IMG/VR virus record: IMGVR_UViG_3300032266_000499
Span: 1 to 26,073 of that record
Length of the DNA stretch: 26,073 nucleotides
Origin: a virus
Lineage: Duplodnaviria > Caudoviricetes
Strand: one strand, 5' to 3'
Part shown: piece by piece, positions 17,694 to 26,059 of the stretch
Layout: each line of letters opens with the position of its first letter
Numbering within the stretch: the first letter of the stretch is position 1
The notes under the pieces: generated by a model
Seen by the model: only the letters and a program-made list of their open reading frames with translations
Database searches by the model: none
What the model was told of the DNA's origin: nothing
Position numbers and translations under genes: made by a program

Positions 17694-18255
17694 ATTCGGC
17701 TGTAATTTAATAGTCGATGGAATCATCGGCCAAAAAACAAAGTCTGAAATTAAAAAATATATTACAAACCAAAAGAAAGGGATCACCTGGGTGAGATGCG
17801 ATGATCAGCTTACAAATACTTATGATGATTTCGGAGTATTGTGGATTGGTGGCGAGGTCATATCTGTATTCCCATGCTCAACCACTGCGGGAAAATATTA
17901 CATACAGAATCCAATAACTCACGGCGGCATAACAGGAACGGCAATTGCTGCCAAACAATATGTAAAATATTCGCATGTTTTTAGGACGTCCCCCAATTGG
18001 AAATCTTTGTGGCTCGGCGCTCCATATTTTCAACAAATAAAACCAATTTTAATTTATAGAGATGGCAACAAAGATTCCAAAATAAATGAGTTAAATATTC
18101 AGACTGGATTATTTGGAATTAATTTGCATCGTGCTGGCTTAGGTTCGTTTATAGACAAATGGTCTGCAGGATGCCAAGTTGTGCCTGACAAATATTGGTT
18201 TGAAATTGTAAAGTATTTTTGCAATGGTGAAAAAATTGATTTTGTTTTAGTATGA
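17665..18255 (+). CDS. Putative endolysin: peptidoglycan-binding stub plus L,D-transpeptidase-like His/Cys domain
   Basis: 'VQEYLN...VDGIIGQKT' PG-binding motif; 'INLHRAG...WSAGCQV' HxxG...SxGC motif. Confidence 0.7.
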   Translation: MKQVQEYLNKFGCNLIVDGIIGQKTKSEIKKYITNQKKGITWVRCDDQLTNTYDDFGVLWIGGEVISVFPCSTTAGKYYIQNPITHGGITGTAIAAKQYVKYSHVFRTSPNWKSLWLGAPYFQQIKPILIYRDGNKDSKINELNIQTGLFGINLHRAGLGSFIDKWSAGCQVVPDKYWFEIVKYFCNGEKIDFVLV

Positions 18256-18428
18256 AATTAGAATGGAATGACGTAACAAAAAAACTGCCACTCGAGGGAA
18301 TGGCAGTTATTACATCTGATTATGATGTGGCAATTTATGACGGTGAAAATTGGTATAATTACTGGACTGATTTAATTATTCCTGAGCCGTTGTATTGGAT
18401 AAAAATTCCTGCTCTTCCTTGGGAGTAA
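18252..18428 (+). CDS. DUF551-like small protein, missing from the ORF track (58 aa)
   Basis: MKLEWNDVTKKLPLEG...EPLYWIKIPALPWE*; W..V...LP and W..IP..P signature; ATGA-coupled to the endolysin. Confidence 0.7.
   Translation: MKLEWNDVTKKLPLEGMAVITSDYDVAIYDGENWYNYWTDLIIPEPLYWIKIPALPWE
18278..18308 (-). terminator. Terminator for the leftward recombination operon
   Basis: AACTGCCA/TGGCAGTT inverted repeat with an A7 run on its left (T7 on the minus strand), about 70 bp past the RecT-like stop. Confidence 0.6.
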
Positions 18429-18975
18429 GTAAATTTAAAATATTATTTGTTTTCACTGGCTGTATATCTTGAATCTCAAATTCTGAATGCATACCCATCA
18501 TAATTTCGGGAGCAAATAATCTTCCAAAAAAAGACGCTGCTCTGTATTTCAACATTAATTCTGGCATCGTTTGCCATTTGCTGCCTGCCTTTTGGAACCA
18601 TCCTTCCTTTTTTGCCATGTCAATCGTGACTGTTGGGCCAGTAAGAATTTCGCCTGTTTCTTTTTCTGTAGCTATGGCCCTGCATGATCCTTCGCCATCC
18701 TCAAATCTGATAGCTGAAAATCTTCCGCATGAATTTAAAGCGGCTATAATAAAAGTTGAACTCCATGATGGACGGCCGTGAATAATATGTAAATTTTGCA
18801 TCACCATCAAAGGCGAGGCACCTATGCGATGGGCCATCTCAAGGGCTACGAGTGTATTGGGAATATTATTTTGATAATCCTTGGGGATTACGGTTGAAGC
18901 TGCAAGCGCTTTCGCTTTACGTTGAATGAGGTCAAATTGTTCCTCAGGGTTGGTGGTTATTATATTATTTTCCAT
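18376..18975 (-). CDS. RecT-like single-strand annealing protein
   Basis: 'VIPKDYQNN', 'ALEMAHRIGASPLMVMQNL', 'WQTMPELMLKYRA', 'FAPEIMMG'; paired with an exonuclease. Confidence 0.8.
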   Translation of the reverse strand: MENNIITTNPEEQFDLIQRKAKALAASTVIPKDYQNNIPNTLVALEMAHRIGASPLMVMQNLHIIHGRPSWSSTFIIAALNSCGRFSAIRFEDGEGSCRAIATEKETGEILTGPTVTIDMAKKEGWFQKAGSKWQTMPELMLKYRAASFFGRLFAPEIMMGMHSEFEIQDIQPVKTNNILNLLTPKEEQEFLSNTTAQE

Positions 18976-19726
18976 AATTCGGCATCTCTAATTTATTTAT
19001 TCCTGTATATCCAGTCCATTTATTGTTTGCTTTCGCTTCACGCCATCGCTCCAAATCCGCTTTGTATTTTTGACGTCCTATTTCAATATCCTCATCCTCG
19101 ATTACATAAACGCCGACACCAAATGGCGGAGTCTTTTCAACAGCTATAAAAATAAAGCCTTCGCATTTACAATTATAATGCTTTTCATATAAATCAAAAT
19201 AAAAAGCAGCTTGCACATCATAGCGATATTTCAAAGCTGATCTTCCAAATGCTTTTGGACTTGCGTCATCGGTAGTCTTCAAATCAATAATTAAATTCAA
19301 CGGCCCAATAATTGCATCCGGGCGACACTTCATGTCATCAACTTCAATAATCTTTTCAACCCATGTAATTTTTGACATTAAAAGCGATGCCTCTTCATGC
19401 TTATTAATCGCTTCGCTGATGCGCTCACAAATAACTGAATCGGCTTTTGAAATTACTTCAAGTCCTTTAATTGATGCCTCAAAGTTTGCCATGATCTCTT
19501 TGCCTTCCTTTGTACGTCTGTCAACCTCGGGAGCAATGGCGTAACGCTTACCAAATTCACCAGGTTCTAAGACTGCGCAGTGAACGGCGCTGCCTAAAAT
19601 TAAAGCAGGAGTTTTTTTCTCTTGGGCTGCGGGGTTTAAATAGCGCTCCCAATAGTGAAGCGGTGATTTGTGAATCAAATCTAATCCGCTTTTTGAAATT
19701 TTTTCTGTGTTTTTATGATATTCCAT
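18965..19726 (-). CDS. RecE/ExoVIII-like PD-(D/E)XK exonuclease (DUF3799-like)
   Basis: 'ISKSGL', 'GSAVHCAVLEP', 'KCRPD', 'IDLKTT', 'YDVQAAFY'; ATG at 19726 preferred over 19744. Confidence 0.9.
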   Translation of the reverse strand: MEYHKNTEKISKSGLDLIHKSPLHYWERYLNPAAQEKKTPALILGSAVHCAVLEPGEFGKRYAIAPEVDRRTKEGKEIMANFEASIKGLEVISKADSVICERISEAINKHEEASLLMSKITWVEKIIEVDDMKCRPDAIIGPLNLIIDLKTTDDASPKAFGRSALKYRYDVQAAFYFDLYEKHYNCKCEGFIFIAVEKTPPFGVGVYVIEDEDIEIGRQKYKADLERWREAKANNKWTGYTGINKLEMPNYGK

Positions 19727-19762
19727 ATTGCAAATTTGCAACAAATTATTTATATTTGCAAC
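19727..19762. promoter_or_regulatory. 36-bp bidirectional promoter/operator between the exonuclease and ssb
   Basis: + strand TTG-N20-TATATTTG-caac-ATG; - strand TTG-N20-CAAATTTG-caat-ATG; perfect palindrome TTGCAAATTTGCAA at 19728-19741. Confidence 0.75.
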
Positions 19763-20107
19763 ATGTTAAAAATAATTTTTACGGGTAATCTTGGAAGGGA
19801 TGCCGAAATACGCGAAACAAAAGAGTTTAAGGCAATCAATTTCTCGGTTGGTGTCAAGGTATCAAAAGAGGAAACAAAATGGATTGACTGCGCTATGTTT
19901 AGAAAATTAGACCAATCGACTATCATTGTTGACTATTTGAAAAAAGGAACAAAGGTATTAATCGAAGGCGAACCGAATGCGCAAGAACATAACGGCAAAG
20001 CTTATTTAAAAGTGAGAGTGTCAAATTTGGAATTATTGGGCGGCGCTCCTGCTCCTGCACCAAGTCAAACTCAACCAATTGAAACAGGTGATGACCTCCC
20101 TTTCTGA
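19763..20107 (+). CDS. ssb: Single-stranded DNA-binding protein
   Basis: 'GNLGRDAE', 'YLKKGTKVLIEG', C-terminal 'DDLPF'; ATG at 19763 preferred. Confidence 0.93.
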   Translation: MLKIIFTGNLGRDAEIRETKEFKAINFSVGVKVSKEETKWIDCAMFRKLDQSTIIVDYLKKGTKVLIEGEPNAQEHNGKAYLKVRVSNLELLGGAPAPAPSQTQPIETGDDLPF

Positions 20108-20279
20108 GTTAAAACAGATGTGTGCTGAGCGTGGCGTTTCAATAGGTCAAGTTTTTGATGACATTGGAATCAATCGCTCAGTTTTATCCAGGTGGGAGAA
20201 ACAGGCTCCCAAATCAATAATAACTTATACAAAAATATATGAGCGTATTGAGGCCCTACCAAAAAGACGCAATAAATAA
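20091..20279 (+). CDS. XRE/Cro-like HTH regulator
   Basis: 'LKQMCAERGVSIGQVFDDIGINRSVLSRWEK'. Confidence 0.75.
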   Translation: MTSLSELKQMCAERGVSIGQVFDDIGINRSVLSRWEKQAPKSIITYTKIYERIEALPKRRNK

Positions 20280-21594
20280 TATACGAAATGCATTCCGCTC
20301 TCATAGGCGGGTGCTTTTTGTTTGTCCTACCGGTGGCGGCAAGACTATGATATTTTCAGAGATTGCCAAGGCATCGACAAAAAAGGTTTTAATCCTGGCA
20401 CATCGTAAGGAATTAATAGAACAGGCATCTGAGCGAATTGGAGTGCCTCATGGAATTATAATGTCAGGTGTCGTTCCAGATTACGAACAGAGAATTCAAA
20501 TTGCGTCAGTTATGACCATGGCAAATCGTTTGGACAAATTTTGTCCACACTTTATTATTGTGGATGAGTGTCACCATGCTGTTGCAGGATCATGGGAGAA
20601 AATAACCTCGGCTTATCCAGGGGCGTTTATTTTGGGTGTAACTGCGACACCTTGCAGACTTGACGGCAAAGGATTGAAATCGGCATTCGATGTTATAATT
20701 GAAGGGCCAAATATTAAAAGCTTGATTGATATGAATTTTTTAGTAAAACCCAAAACTTATGCATCTCAAAACGATTTCACAAAAATCAAAACAACTGCAG
20801 GAGATTACGATAAAAAAGAATTATTTGACGCATTTTCAAAACCGTCCATCACTGGGAGCGCGATTGAATCATGGCGCAAATATGCTGAGGACTTACCAAC
20901 GGTTGTTTTTTGCATTAATATAAAACACGCTGAGGATATTGCAGGATTATTTTCAATGGTAGGGCATAGCGCTGAGGTTGTGCATGGTGAGTTAGATAAA
21001 ACAGAGCGAAAGGCAAGGCTGAAGAGATTGCGCACCGGAGAGACGAAAATAATTACATCCGTTGACATTATTTCAGAGGGGACTGATATTCCTGCAGTCG
21101 GTTGCATTATTATGATGCGCCCTACCAAATCACTTGGCTTGTATTTACAACAGGCAGGCAGAGGTTTGAGGACCATCGAAGGGAAAAAAAATTGTATTAT
21201 ATTAGATCATGCCGGGAATTGCTTTCGACATGGTTTGATTACTGATTCCAGGCAATGGGAATTGACAGACGAAAAAATAAAAGAAACTAAAAAAATGATA
21301 ACTATAAGACAGTGCAAAAATTGTTTTGCCGTATTTGGTCCGTTAGCTGATAAATGTCCAGAATGTGGCGCCATGATTCAAAAGGAACCAAAAGAACTAA
21401 AAAAGATTGCGGGCGAATTGGTTCCAGTCGATGAGATTCCGCAGAAAAAAATTGAATTAAAAAAGGAAGAGTGGTCCGCAAAAAGTTTAAGTGAGTGGGA
21501 AAATATCGCTCATTCAAGAGGATATAAGAAAGGATGGGCATATATCCGTTATACACAGCAACAGGAAAAACAAAATGGCAGTTTCAGAAAGTGA
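20239..21594 (+). CDS. SF2 (DExH) helicase with C-terminal Zn ribbon
   Basis: LRPYQ, PTGGGKT, DECH, TATP, QQAGRGLR; CxxC...CxxC. Confidence 0.93.
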   Translation: MSVLRPYQKDAINNIRNAFRSHRRVLFVCPTGGGKTMIFSEIAKASTKKVLILAHRKELIEQASERIGVPHGIIMSGVVPDYEQRIQIASVMTMANRLDKFCPHFIIVDECHHAVAGSWEKITSAYPGAFILGVTATPCRLDGKGLKSAFDVIIEGPNIKSLIDMNFLVKPKTYASQNDFTKIKTTAGDYDKKELFDAFSKPSITGSAIESWRKYAEDLPTVVFCINIKHAEDIAGLFSMVGHSAEVVHGELDKTERKARLKRLRTGETKIITSVDIISEGTDIPAVGCIIMMRPTKSLGLYLQQAGRGLRTIEGKKNCIILDHAGNCFRHGLITDSRQWELTDEKIKETKKMITIRQCKNCFAVFGPLADKCPECGAMIQKEPKELKKIAGELVPVDEIPQKKIELKKEEWSAKSLSEWENIAHSRGYKKGWAYIRYTQQQEKQNGSFRK

Positions 21595-21913
21595 AATAAT
21601 GAGGCAAATTCAAACGCTATCAAGAGGCAGTGTTCGTTTATTTCGTAATAATGTAGGATTTGACGCACATAATAAGGTAAAATATGGATTAATGCCTGGA
21701 AGTTCGGACTTAATTGGATGGACCGAAATTCAAATTAATTCTGAACATATCGGTAAAAAATTTGCAATTTTTACAGCAATTGAAGTCAAATCTGAATTTG
21801 GCCGAATAAGACCAGATCAGCAAATATTTGTTGATTATGTGAGGCAATGTGGCGGAATTGCAGGAATTTGCAGAAGCATCCAAGAGGCAAGAGCTTTGCT
21901 TAATTTGTCATAA
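21575..21913 (+). CDS. VRR-NUC family nuclease
   Basis: 'ESEI...RLFRNNVG...GSSDLIG...AIEVK...RPDQQIF'; ATG at 21575. Confidence 0.88.
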   Translation: MAVSESEIMRQIQTLSRGSVRLFRNNVGFDAHNKVKYGLMPGSSDLIGWTEIQINSEHIGKKFAIFTAIEVKSEFGRIRPDQQIFVDYVRQCGGIAGICRSIQEARALLNLS

Positions 21914-21945
21914 AAATGTAAAATTGTTGATGAATTGTTAATGTT

Positions 21946-21978
21946 TTTGCAAATATGCAATTTTTAGTTGTAGTATTG
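21946..21978 (+). promoter_or_regulatory. Bacteroidota-type promoter with overlapping palindrome
   Basis: TTTG-N21-TAGTATTG-tggc-ATG; TTGCAAATATGCAA at 21947-21960. Confidence 0.6.
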
Positions 21979-21982
21979 TGGC

Positions 21983-22174
21983 ATGGATAAAACAAAAATC
22001 ATTCAAAATTTTAATTCTCGAAACGATGCTTTCGACTGGGTTATGGAAAAAATTCAAGGTGTAACAATTGGCGACATTTCAACCGATTCAATTTTTAGAG
22101 ATACTGATGCTGTAATCGGTGAATCTGATCAGATTATTTTTGTAGGGCTTTATAATGTTGACTCGATATGCTAA
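21983..22174 (+). CDS. Hypothetical protein
   Basis: 63-aa ORF directly after the promoter motif. Confidence 0.65.
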   Translation: MDKTKIIQNFNSRNDAFDWVMEKIQGVTIGDISTDSIFRDTDAVIGESDQIIFVGLYNVDSIC

Positions 22175-22401
22175 TTTATGATGGATTAGCAGTAATTGGC
22201 GCAACTGTAAGTATTGCGTTTTGTGGATTTTGTATTTTGATGGCTTTGCAAACATTAAGACAATTTGAAGAGGTTAAGCGTAAAGATTCTCCCGAAGTTT
22301 ATGATCTTCCAAAATGGAATCAAATGAATCCAGTTGCAAAAAATGCAAATAAAGAATTGAAAAAAATGTATAAAGGAAAAATGAAGGGTGAATTGGTATG
22401 A
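22168..22401 (+). CDS. Hypothetical membrane-anchored protein
   Basis: N-terminal hydrophobic helix, basic C-terminus. Confidence 0.6.
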   Translation: MLIYDGLAVIGATVSIAFCGFCILMALQTLRQFEEVKRKDSPEVYDLPKWNQMNPVAKNANKELKKMYKGKMKGELV

Positions 22402-22619
22402 AAGCAATTTTAGAATTTAATTTACCGGATGACCAAATTGATTTTGATTTGGCTGTGAACGGTTCAAAATGGATGGGTGCAATGTGGGAGCTTGATAAAT
22501 GGCTAAGGTCAGAGACTAAATATGCACCGGATACAATCAGCGCAGATACTTATGCGGCATTGGAAAAAAGCCGAGATATGCTACATGAAATTTTACAAGA
22601 AAATAATTTAAAATTATGA
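22398..22619 (+). CDS. Hypothetical phage protein
   Basis: 73 aa 'MKAILEFNLPDDQ', ATGA-coupled. Confidence 0.65.
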   Translation: MKAILEFNLPDDQIDFDLAVNGSKWMGAMWELDKWLRSETKYAPDTISADTYAALEKSRDMLHEILQENNLKL

Positions 22620-22849
22620 AAACAAGCACACAAAAAATAATTGAAAGCCTTGAAATAATTGAATCAAATTTGCAAATAGATCATTCAAAAGAAATATTAA
22701 AGGGAGTTTTACAAATCGTAAAAAATTGTCAAAGTTTAGAAAAAAGACAATTAATGGATGCATTTGAAGCAGGTGAAAAAGATTTTAATAAATGCAAATT
22801 TCATTCCAGTGAGGACTATGTAAATAAAACTTATGGACTATTATCATAA
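22616..22849 (+). CDS. Hypothetical phage protein
   Basis: 77 aa, ATGA-coupled. Confidence 0.6.
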   Translation: MKTSTQKIIESLEIIESNLQIDHSKEILKGVLQIVKNCQSLEKRQLMDAFEAGEKDFNKCKFHSSEDYVNKTYGLLS

Positions 22850-23276
22850 ATATTTAGACACATGTCGAAAGCTTAAAAATTTTCAGAAAATGAGCGAATC
22901 TCGGATTCGTGAACTTGAAAAAGAAATTTACAAATTAAAAATTCAATTGATTAATCCTGCAACTTTGCCAAATGCAAATCGCGAATTAATTTCAATTTTG
23001 CAGGCAGTCGCAGAAGCGAGCATGATCACCCCAGGTGATATTACAGGAATTGAAACAAAAAGAACTATTTCAATTGTAAGGTTTTGTTTTATGTTTATCG
23101 CCAATGAATATGGCTTTACATATGCCTCAATTGGAAGATTTGTAAATCGAGATCATTCAACAGTAATTCACGGCGTAAAATCTTATCAAAATTTTTTGCA
23201 GTTAAAATACAAATATGAGATGAGAATTTACAATGATGCCAAAAAAATATTAAATAATTTAAAACCAATAATTTAA
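22833..23276 (+). CDS. Protein with a DnaA domain IV-like HTH
   Basis: 'YASIGRFVNRDHSTVIHGV' matches the DnaA C-terminal 'IG..F..RDH(S/T)TV.H' signature; N-terminal coiled coil; no AAA+ domain. Confidence 0.8.
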   Translation: MDYYHKYLDTCRKLKNFQKMSESRIRELEKEIYKLKIQLINPATLPNANRELISILQAVAEASMITPGDITGIETKRTISIVRFCFMFIANEYGFTYASIGRFVNRDHSTVIHGVKSYQNFLQLKYKYEMRIYNDAKKILNNLKPII

Positions 23277-23440
23277 CAAAAAATCAAGTGTGTAGAATGT
23301 AGGAAAAGTTGTCTACTTATTCCTTTCTTATATATTTACTTTTGTCTTTGAATTTTTTTAAAGGGAAAAATATACACTGCGACACGAACAATTACATATC
23401 AATAACTTAAAAAAAAATTTGCTACACGCATGCTACACAC
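23277..23440. other. Putative replication origin
   Basis: Largest intergenic region; AT-rich core flanked by inverted GTGTGTAG (23288-23295) / CTACACAC (23433-23440) and extra TGTAG/CTACA copies. Confidence 0.5.
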
Positions 23441-25748
23441 TATTACATTATTCAAATCATTATTTGACACAAAGGAAGGCTCTATTCCTTTTGATATGAG
23501 CCTTTTAGAGGTCATTGAGCGCATAAAAAATGGAGATTCTAAACTACACGTTGAGAAATTACGCAAATTAACAGGGGACGAATATGACCTAGAGAAAAAG
23601 AAATCAATTGTCATCATGTTCAATGGGACGTTTGCTTATCGTAATATAAAAGGCTTAAATCAGCATTCTGGACTCATGATTTGTGATTATGATAAAATTC
23701 CCGAAAATGAATTTAAATCCGTTTACGATTCAGTTAAAAATATTCCGCATGTAATCACAGCTTTCATATCTCCGAGTGGGAAAGGATTCAAAGCCGTTGT
23801 TTCAATTCCCAAATCTTCACCTGAGGAACATTCGAGGCGATTTAAGGCATTTTCGGAGCGTTTTGTATGTCAGTACTTCGATAGTAAAAATAAAGACGTT
23901 TCAAGAGCTTGTTTTGAGTCTTATGATCCAAATATTTATATTAACGAAAATGCAACCGTATTTACTGAAATATCCTCAGATTATCAAAATTCAATTTCTG
24001 AGCGTCCTGCAATTTTGCCGATTACAAATGAAACTGAAATTATAAAAAGATTAATAAAATGGTGGGATAAAAAATTTGGGTTTGAGGAAGGCAGCAGAAA
24101 TAATAATCTTTTAGTCCTGGCTCAGTCATTTTGTGAACATGGTGTGTCGCTTGATTATGGTTTAAATTACGTTTTAAATAATGTTATTTATGGGAATTTT
24201 TCAGATGATGAGGCAACAAATGTTTTTAAAAGTGCTTATAATCGAATGAGATCCAGTGCAGGGACAAAATACTTTGAAGATATTGACAAAATAAATGAAA
24301 TTAAATTTGCGCTAAAATCTAAAACAAAAGAGGAAGTAATTCAACAGCATTCTGTCACTCCGGATATAATTTCAGAAATTGAAGGGACGCATGATGAGAA
24401 TCAATTCTGGACAATTAATTCAAAAGGCACCGTTTCAATTATTCCTATATTTTTTAAGACATTTTTAGAGCGCAGAGGGTATTTCAAATATTACCCGGAA
24501 ACTGCAGTCAAACCGACATTTGTAAAAGTAAAGTCAAATATAGTCACAATTACATCGGTTGAAATAATAAAAGATGATGTTTTAAATTATCTCATAAATG
24601 AGCCGGATGTTTGGAATCATGTCAGCAAATCAAAACAGCTATTTTCTGAGCAATTTTTGACAATGTTAAAATCGATTGACATGGAGATGATAAAAGACAC
24701 CAAATCGACGGCCTATGTTCCCTTTTTAAATGGCGTTGTAAAAATTACATCAAAAACAATTGAGCTGCAAAAATATATTTCATGTGACGGTTTTATTTGG
24801 GATAATCAAATTATCAAAAGAAATTATATCCAGGCACCAATAGAGAATAATTTTCAAGATTTGGTCCATAAAGTAAGTAATAATGATCCATCAAGAATTC
24901 AAGCGCTTGAGTCGACTCTTGGCTATTTAATTCATTCATATAAGGATAAACAACATCAAAAGGCAATTATCGTAAATGATGAGCTAATTTCTGACAATCC
25001 AAATGGTGGCTCAGGTAAGTCAATTATGATAAATGCGCTCAAACATTTTAGAAAGGTAGTAATCATCGACGGGAAAGCATTTGATCCAAATAAAGGCGAT
25101 TTCATTTATCAGCGTGTCGACTTAGATACTCAGATATTAGCATTTGATGACGTAAAGAAATCATTTAATTTTGAGTCTATATTCTCACTGATAACGGAAG
25201 GAATCACAGTCAATCGCAAGAATAAGGATGAGATATTCATACCATTTGAGAGGGCGCCAAAAGTAATCATAACGACAAATTATGTAATCAATGGCTCGGG
25301 ATCATCTCACGCTCGCAGACGTCATGAGATTGAATTTCACCAATATTTTAATGAGAATAGAAATCCAATGGATGTATATGGCCGATTATTATTTGATTCG
25401 TGGACTACAGATGACTGGGCCTCATTTGATTGCTATATGCTTAATAATCTACAGAACTATTTAAGAACAGGATTACAGTCAGTCAAATCAATTAACTCAG
25501 AGGCAAAACGGGTAATTCAATCGACATCTAAGGATTTCTATGATTGGGCAATGGAGTACGAATGGAGCGACTCAAGGCATTATGTCAGCGCAATGCTCAT
25601 CTCATTTAGTGAGGCAACAGGTAACAATAACACCTCACCTAAGAGATTTGCTCAGTGGGTTAGAACTTATTTAAACTATAAATCCTACACATTTACAGAA
25701 GGAAGAGGCAATGCCGGTATCTTTGTACATATTCAAGTACCATTCTAA
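23430..25748 (+). CDS. Primase-helicase (VirE-N/BT4734-like N-terminus, PriCT-like domain, SF3 helicase)
   Basis: 'HSGLMICDYD', 'FISPSGKGFK', 'DVSRACFESYDP', 'EGSRNN', Walker A 'GGSGKS', Walker B 'AFDD', motif C 'ITTN'. Confidence 0.85.
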   Translation: MLHTITLFKSLFDTKEGSIPFDMSLLEVIERIKNGDSKLHVEKLRKLTGDEYDLEKKKSIVIMFNGTFAYRNIKGLNQHSGLMICDYDKIPENEFKSVYDSVKNIPHVITAFISPSGKGFKAVVSIPKSSPEEHSRRFKAFSERFVCQYFDSKNKDVSRACFESYDPNIYINENATVFTEISSDYQNSISERPAILPITNETEIIKRLIKWWDKKFGFEEGSRNNNLLVLAQSFCEHGVSLDYGLNYVLNNVIYGNFSDDEATNVFKSAYNRMRSSAGTKYFEDIDKINEIKFALKSKTKEEVIQQHSVTPDIISEIEGTHDENQFWTINSKGTVSIIPIFFKTFLERRGYFKYYPETAVKPTFVKVKSNIVTITSVEIIKDDVLNYLINEPDVWNHVSKSKQLFSEQFLTMLKSIDMEMIKDTKSTAYVPFLNGVVKITSKTIELQKYISCDGFIWDNQIIKRNYIQAPIENNFQDLVHKVSNNDPSRIQALESTLGYLIHSYKDKQHQKAIIVNDELISDNPNGGSGKSIMINALKHFRKVVIIDGKAFDPNKGDFIYQRVDLDTQILAFDDVKKSFNFESIFSLITEGITVNRKNKDEIFIPFERAPKVIITTNYVINGSGSSHARRRHEIEFHQYFNENRNPMDVYGRLLFDSWTTDDWASFDCYMLNNLQNYLRTGLQSVKSINSEAKRVIQSTSKDFYDWAMEYEWSDSRHYVSAMLISFSEATGNNNTSPKRFAQWVRTYLNYKSYTFTEGRGNAGIFVHIQVPF

Positions 25749-25750
25749 TC

Positions 25751-26059
25751 ATGCCAAATTATCCAAAAAGTAAGATAATCAGAGAGAAAAAGCCTTTTGA
25801 GGTCAAGCCAAGAGAGCGCTCAGATGAGTACAATACGAGAGCATGGCGCAAGCTTAGAGCATCGATATTAATGGATGAGCCATTGTGTCGCAATTGTAAA
25901 ATAGAAGCTGCAACGGTTATGGATCACATCAAGCCAGTGAGAGCAGGCGGAGAGTTTTGGGATTTAGAAAACCTGCAGCCATTATGTAAGCGATGCCATA
26001 ACTCAAAGAGCGGAAAAGAAAATTATGCGACCCGGTATGGGGGTAAAAATGTTGACTGA
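25751..26059 (+). CDS. HNH endonuclease (HK97 gp74-like packaging cofactor)
   Basis: 'PLCRNC...MDHIKP...NLQPLCKRCHNSKS'; precedes cos/terS in circular order. Confidence 0.92.
   Translation: MPNYPKSKIIREKKPFEVKPRERSDEYNTRAWRKLRASILMDEPLCRNCKIEAATVMDHIKPVRAGGEFWDLENLQPLCKRCHNSKSGKENYATRYGGKNVD

Noticed and set aside
19715-19762. Longer N-termini for ssb (19715) and the exonuclease (19744) given in the ORF track
   Set aside because: They would overlap head-to-head across the promoter; typical domain starts coincide with ATG 19763 and ATG 19726
415-24045. Many alternative-frame or antisense ORFs in the track (e.g. 415-642, 1349-1591, 4420-4629, 7392-7643, 14035-14352, 16855-17208, 20805-21176, 23776-24045)
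   Set aside because: They lie largely or entirely within well-supported genes, have no motifs and no promoter context; shadow ORFs
13078-25630. Other GTAAC-containing sites (about 13078, 13710, 14223, 18271, 22059, 25619)
   Set aside because: Checked 28 nt downstream of each: no TA-initiated -7-like octamer, so not counted as late promoters
25730-25748. Primase-helicase ends in 'VPF', reminiscent of the SSB tail 'LPF'
   Set aside because: No acidic residues precede it; too short a match to support mimicry
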